From assembly GCA_039679445.1 (NCBI GenBank), contig JBDKUY010000071.1:324-64323 (forward strand): a stretch of 64,000 nucleotides of DNA, written 5' to 3'. The number at the start of each line of letters is the position of its first letter. Positions within the stretch are counted from its first letter, which is position 1. The notes under the pieces were generated by a model that made no database searches, was not told the DNA's origin, and saw only the letters and a list, made by a program, of their open reading frames with translations. The translations under genes were made by a program, and so were the position numbers. Shown piece by piece: positions 60,245 to 64,000 of the stretch. Origin of the DNA: Methanofastidiosum sp. (GTDB taxonomy: Archaea > Methanobacteriota_B > Thermococci > Methanofastidiosales > Methanofastidiosaceae).

Positions 60245-60829
60245 TTGGGATATTACAAATATATGGAAGAGGCTTGGAAAAAGCCCAAAGAAGGTTATAC
60301 ACGAGAACTTTGGACAGAAAGATTGATCCAGTGGAGAAAGGAGCCTACAACAATAAAGATTGAAAGACCAACAAGAATAGACCGAGCGAGAAAACTTGGT
60401 TACAAGGCTAAAAAAGGATTTATTGTTGCAAGAACTAGAGTCTTAAGGGGTGGAAGAAAGAGACCAACCATAAAAGGTGGTAGAAGGCCTGCAACAAAAG
60501 GTATCTTGAGATATTCACCAAAAAAGAGTCTTAAATGGATTGCAGAAGAGCGTGTTCAAAGGAAGTTTCCAAATCTTGAAGTCTTAAACTCATACTGGGT
60601 TGGCGAAGATGGACAGCGTGTCTTTTATGAAGTCATTCTAGTTGATCCTTTTGCACCAGAAATATTCGCAGACCCAAGAATTAACTGGATATGCGAAAGA
60701 CAGCACAAGAGAAGAGTATTCAGAGGTTTGACCTCAGCCGGCAAGAGATCGAGAGGCCTTAGACACAAAGGAAAAGGTGCTGAGAAATTAAGACCTTCAC
60801 TTAAAGCCCGAGGAAACAGAGGTAAGTAA
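60245..60829 (+). CDS. rpl15e: 50S ribosomal protein L15e
   Basis: [52 protein letters not shown] start after SD. Confidence 0.98.
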   Translation: MGYYKYMEEAWKKPKEGYTRELWTERLIQWRKEPTTIKIERPTRIDRARKLGYKAKKGFIVARTRVLRGGRKRPTIKGGRRPATKGILRYSPKKSLKWIAEERVQRKFPNLEVLNSYWVGEDGQRVFYEVILVDPFAPEIFADPRINWICERQHKRRVFRGLTSAGKRSRGLRHKGKGAEKLRPSLKARGNRGK

Positions 60830-60831
60830 GG

Positions 60832-61260
60832 TTGAATCCGTTTGGTATCGCATGGATACAAATAGAAACATTTTCGCATGCAACTGAAGATATAGAGAAA
60901 GTAAAATCTTTACTTTCTAAATTTTTTTCTTTTGATATTACTTTTAATGAAAATAAAACATACGGCCATTTTGGCAATGAAATCACAATAATTAATGTTG
61001 AGCTTTCTAAAAACAAAGAGATAAAGGATTTCATTTCAAATTTTTTAACAATAGTTGACAAAAATTACATCCTTGAAACTCTAGAAAAAAGGCTTGATGA
61101 AGACGGGGTATTGTTCGTCCGGATGGGCAAGGAAAGAGTATTTAACGATGATTTCACTATTGATGATAACGGTGACATACTGTTATCCATGAAGTTTGTC
61201 ACATATCCAAAAAGTAGGGAAAAGGTTATCAAGAATGGGAAGCTACTATTCAGCAATTGA
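60832..61260 (+). CDS. RNA-binding protein (DUF54 family)
   Basis: HATED.EKV, GHFGN.I, R.D....LFVR.GKE; conserved rpl15e/rnp3 neighbourhood. Confidence 0.85.
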   Translation: MNPFGIAWIQIETFSHATEDIEKVKSLLSKFFSFDITFNENKTYGHFGNEITIINVELSKNKEIKDFISNFLTIVDKNYILETLEKRLDEDGVLFVRMGKERVFNDDFTIDDNGDILLSMKFVTYPKSREKVIKNGKLLFSN

Positions 61261-61834
61261 TCTTAGAGGTTATCCTTCATCTTATTTTTCAAAAACAGCA
61301 TTAGTTAAACATGTTAATGCAGAAAACTATAAGGTTGTTTTAGATAGCTTTGACAAAAATAAAACAGAGGACATTCTTTTTGGCATTGAAATTGACGATG
61401 AATCCAGAAACGCTAAGAGAATTATTAGAAGAGCAGAAGGCATGGATGTAATAATTTTCAAAGGCAGGGATTCAAAAGAGAATAGAGATGCCCTCAAAAT
61501 AAAAGAAATCACTTTTATTTCTAACCCAGATAATCTTGACAAAGTCTGTTTTGAACTGGCCAGGGAAAATTCAATTGGTTTTGAATTAAATATCCAAGAT
61601 ATTTTTAACACCCAGAGATATAGAAGGACAAAGATGCTAGAAACTAATAGAGAGCTACTTAAGGCTTATAGAAAGTTTTTATTTCCAATAGTTTTAACTT
61701 CTGGTGCTAGAGATGCAAACGAGATCAAAACACCTTTGACCCTTATATCCTTTGGATGTATACTAGGTATGGACATAAGGGAAGCCAAGGGTGCGATTAC
61801 AACTGTTCCTGAGATGCTAATCAATAAAAAATAA
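61235..61834 (+). CDS. rnp3: Ribonuclease P protein component 3 (Rpp30)
   Basis: NR.A, ELARENSIGFELN, P.VLTSGA.....IKTP, GM...EAK; gene context. Confidence 0.8.
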   Translation: MGSYYSAIDLRGYPSSYFSKTALVKHVNAENYKVVLDSFDKNKTEDILFGIEIDDESRNAKRIIRRAEGMDVIIFKGRDSKENRDALKIKEITFISNPDNLDKVCFELARENSIGFELNIQDIFNTQRYRRTKMLETNRELLKAYRKFLFPIVLTSGARDANEIKTPLTLISFGCILGMDIREAKGAITTVPEMLINKK

Positions 61835-61835
61835 A

Positions 61836-62960
61836 TTAATACTTGATTGTGAAGAAATCATTGTTTGTTCCATTGAAGACATAACCGGTGACTATTATTT
61901 TATTGTTTTGATCAATTGCCACGTCAAGCGAAAAGTCATCTTTTCCACTGTTATACGACTTCTCCCATAAAATATTGCCACGCGGATCATACTTAATTGT
62001 ATAAAAATTCTTGTCTTGATCCTTAGTTATATACCCTGTCACTATTATGTTGCCTGTTGAATCAGTTGCTAGACCCAATGCATAGTCATCTTTGCCGCTG
62101 TCGTAAGTTTTTGTCCATATGATGTTCCCATTTGGATCATATTTTACCATTAAGAAATCCACATTGTTACCATTGAGAGTTTCTCCTGCAACAATTATGT
62201 TGTCATTCGAATCTGTTGCTACTTCATAGGACTTATCAGTATTTCCCCCATCGTATGTTTTCTTCCATAAAAATTTTCCACTACTATCATATTTTATGGT
62301 GCAGAAATCATAATCTGACCCACTGGAGGAATACCCGGTAACAATTATGTTGTCATTTGAGTCAGTTGCGACATCAAATGCATATTCCTTATTCCCGCCA
62401 TCATATGATTTTCCCCATAAAATATTGCCGTCTGGGCCATATTTTATAGTATGAAAATTAACGTCAACTCCTGGATATACCTCCCCCGTAATGATAATAT
62501 TATCTTTAGAATCAGTTGCCAGGCCTTGTGCATTTTCATTATGCCCAGCATCATGAGATTTAGTCCAGATTATATTGCCATTTATGTCATACTTTATTGT
62601 GAAGTAATCATTATTAACTCCGTTATTCACAAAACCGGTAACTATGACATTATTTCCAGAATCAGTAACAGCTGCTAATGAATAGTCATTGTTGCCTCCA
62701 TCGTATAATTTTTCCCATAAAACGTTGCCATCAGGATTGTATTTAATTGTATAAATGTCATTGTCATTACCATTTGAGATATATCCTGTTACTATGGTAT
62801 TGTTACTTGCGTCTGCCGCAACACCTAAAGCAAAATCATCCTTGCCACTGTCGTAAGTTTTTGACCAGATATATTTTTCATCTGATAAACATCCACTAAA
62901 AACAGATACTATAAAAATCACAATTATTAGTGATAAGATCATTTTTCTCGTTGTAATCAC
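61836..62960 (-). CDS. Lipoprotein with about 7 beta-propeller (SBBP-like) repeats
   Basis: Lipobox FSGC; ~51-aa repeats 'W.KTYD.G.DD.A..VATDS.NNIIVTGY......DF.TIKYD..GN'. Confidence 0.85.
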   Translation of the reverse strand: MITTRKMILSLIIVIFIVSVFSGCLSDEKYIWSKTYDSGKDDFALGVAADASNNTIVTGYISNGNDNDIYTIKYNPDGNVLWEKLYDGGNNDYSLAAVTDSGNNVIVTGFVNNGVNNDYFTIKYDINGNIIWTKSHDAGHNENAQGLATDSKDNIIITGEVYPGVDVNFHTIKYGPDGNILWGKSYDGGNKEYAFDVATDSNDNIIVTGYSSSGSDYDFCTIKYDSSGKFLWKKTYDGGNTDKSYEVATDSNDNIIVAGETLNGNNVDFLMVKYDPNGNIIWTKTYDSGKDDYALGLATDSTGNIIVTGYITKDQDKNFYTIKYDPRGNILWEKSYNSGKDDFSLDVAIDQNNKIIVTGYVFNGTNNDFFTIKY

Positions 62961-63014
62961 CTATCAAATATTCTAAACAAGACTAATCTAGCCAATATAT
63001 AAATATATGGAAAA

Positions 63015-64000
63015 TTAAAAATAAGCTCTAATATAACTTGCGATAGTCCTTGGATTTTTTAGGGCAAACAAGAAGACTTCAGGGATTTTGCGGATAATAA
63101 TTCCTGTGCCACGTGTACACCCATAGAAACAAGGAGTTTCCATATAACATTTTTTTACTTTTGAATAATCCAATTCTTTTAGGGCTTGCTTTACCCCCAT
63201 TTCTTTTAGATTTGCAGATGATTTAAATTCGAGGCATGGGGCTATTTCTCCTTTTTCAGTTAATATTATAGATCTCTTCATGGCATCACAAGGTACACAA
63301 TAATTGCCTTCAAGATATTTAATTGACTCATCATATATGAGCTTATCAAATATCAATCCTTCTTTTTGAGATAATAAACTCAATTTTTTAAATGCGTCAA
63401 TAATTATTGTTGGGTTATCGTCATAACTCATCTCTTCGTCATATGCACTAGAATGGCAGTGAGAATAATTATAAGGGTAAGCGTTGAACTTAAATCCATT
63501 GTTTCCTGCAAAATTAAATAGGTCCATAACTTCGTCATGATTAATTTTACTTATTGTTGAAATTATGTGCCACATTCCTTTTTTATCTTTTATTTTACTA
63601 CAATACTCTATATTATGTAGTAAAATAGGAAGTTTGTCAACACCCCTAATTTTCATATACTTTTTTTGATCTAAGGAATCAAGACTGATACTCACATTGC
63701 ACTTGAGTCCTGCAATTTTATTGGCAATTTTTTCATCTAAGAGCAAGCCATTTGTTATCAAAGTTGGGTTGAATTCTAGACCAATTAGTAACTCAATAAT
63801 TTCCATTATATCTTTTCTAAGTAAAGGCTCGCCACCCTGCAAAAAAACATGCTTTACGCCATAAGATTTTAAATCCTTGAATATATTCTCAATCTCTTCA
63901 AGAGTAAGCTCGTCTTTTATTTTGGAAGGAGTTTTCCATATGCTACACATTGGACATATGGAATTACATCTTCTTGTAAGATTAAACACAACTAAAAATG
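63015..64000 (-). CDS. Radical SAM protein with SPASM/twitch-like C-terminus, 5' end outside the window
   Basis: CNSICPMC, GGEPLLR.D, TNG.LL, ISLD, C-terminal C...IAPC...C...C...C; the frame stays open to the window edge. Confidence 0.9.
   Translation of the reverse strand, partial: FLVVFNLTRRCNSICPMCSIWKTPSKIKDELTLEEIENIFKDLKSYGVKHVFLQGGEPLLRKDIMEIIELLIGLEFNPTLITNGLLLDEKIANKIAGLKCNVSISLDSLDQKKYMKIRGVDKLPILLHNIEYCSKIKDKKGMWHIISTISKINHDEVMDLFNFAGNNGFKFNAYPYNYSHCHSSAYDEEMSYDDNPTIIIDAFKKLSLLSQKEGLIFDKLIYDESIKYLEGNYCVPCDAMKRSIILTEKGEIAPCLEFKSSANLKEMGVKQALKELDYSKVKKCYMETPCFYGCTRGTGIIIRKIPEVFLFALKNPRTIASYIRAYF

Noticed and set aside
61836..62960. ~153-bp periodic DNA repeats resembling an array
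   Set aside because: They are degenerate in-frame coding repeats of a beta-propeller lipoprotein, with no identical repeats and unique spacers, so not CRISPR.

Overview
AT-rich archaeal chromosome segment from a methanogen. It carries a complete cfbAEDCB coenzyme F430 operon, methanogenesis marker 8 and a RamA-type corrinoid activase. Gene style and content suggest a Methanofastidiosales/WSA2-like methyl-reducing lineage (inference, not verified). Most of the window is housekeeping: lysC, sirC-hemA-hemB, srp54, uvrC, a RecJ-like DHH protein, fibrillarin, Gar1, truA, valS, top6BA, rpl15e, rnp3, tRNA-Tyr and tRNA-Gln. I found no CRISPR array, integrase or transposase. Main points of interest: (1) ramA diverging from an FAD-oxidoreductase + HdrD-like pair with high-expression-type codon bias, next to a methionine gamma-lyase-like gene, a candidate methionine/methanethiol and organic-electron-donor module for methanogenesis; (2) an unannotated box C/D guide RNA predicted to direct Cm34 of tRNA-Leu(CAA), with a self-complementary 3' tail; (3) a NikR-like operator over the cfb promoter; (4) an eL15 leader RNA; (5) a Tfb2/p52-like helicase-associated protein fused to WYL; (6) a 2114-aa Cys-rich DUF11 surface protein with an unusual C-terminal domain; (7) genes missed or split by the ORF track (K+ channel, symporter accessory peptide, TfoX) and four accessory genes broken by single-base deletions or an in-frame TAG.
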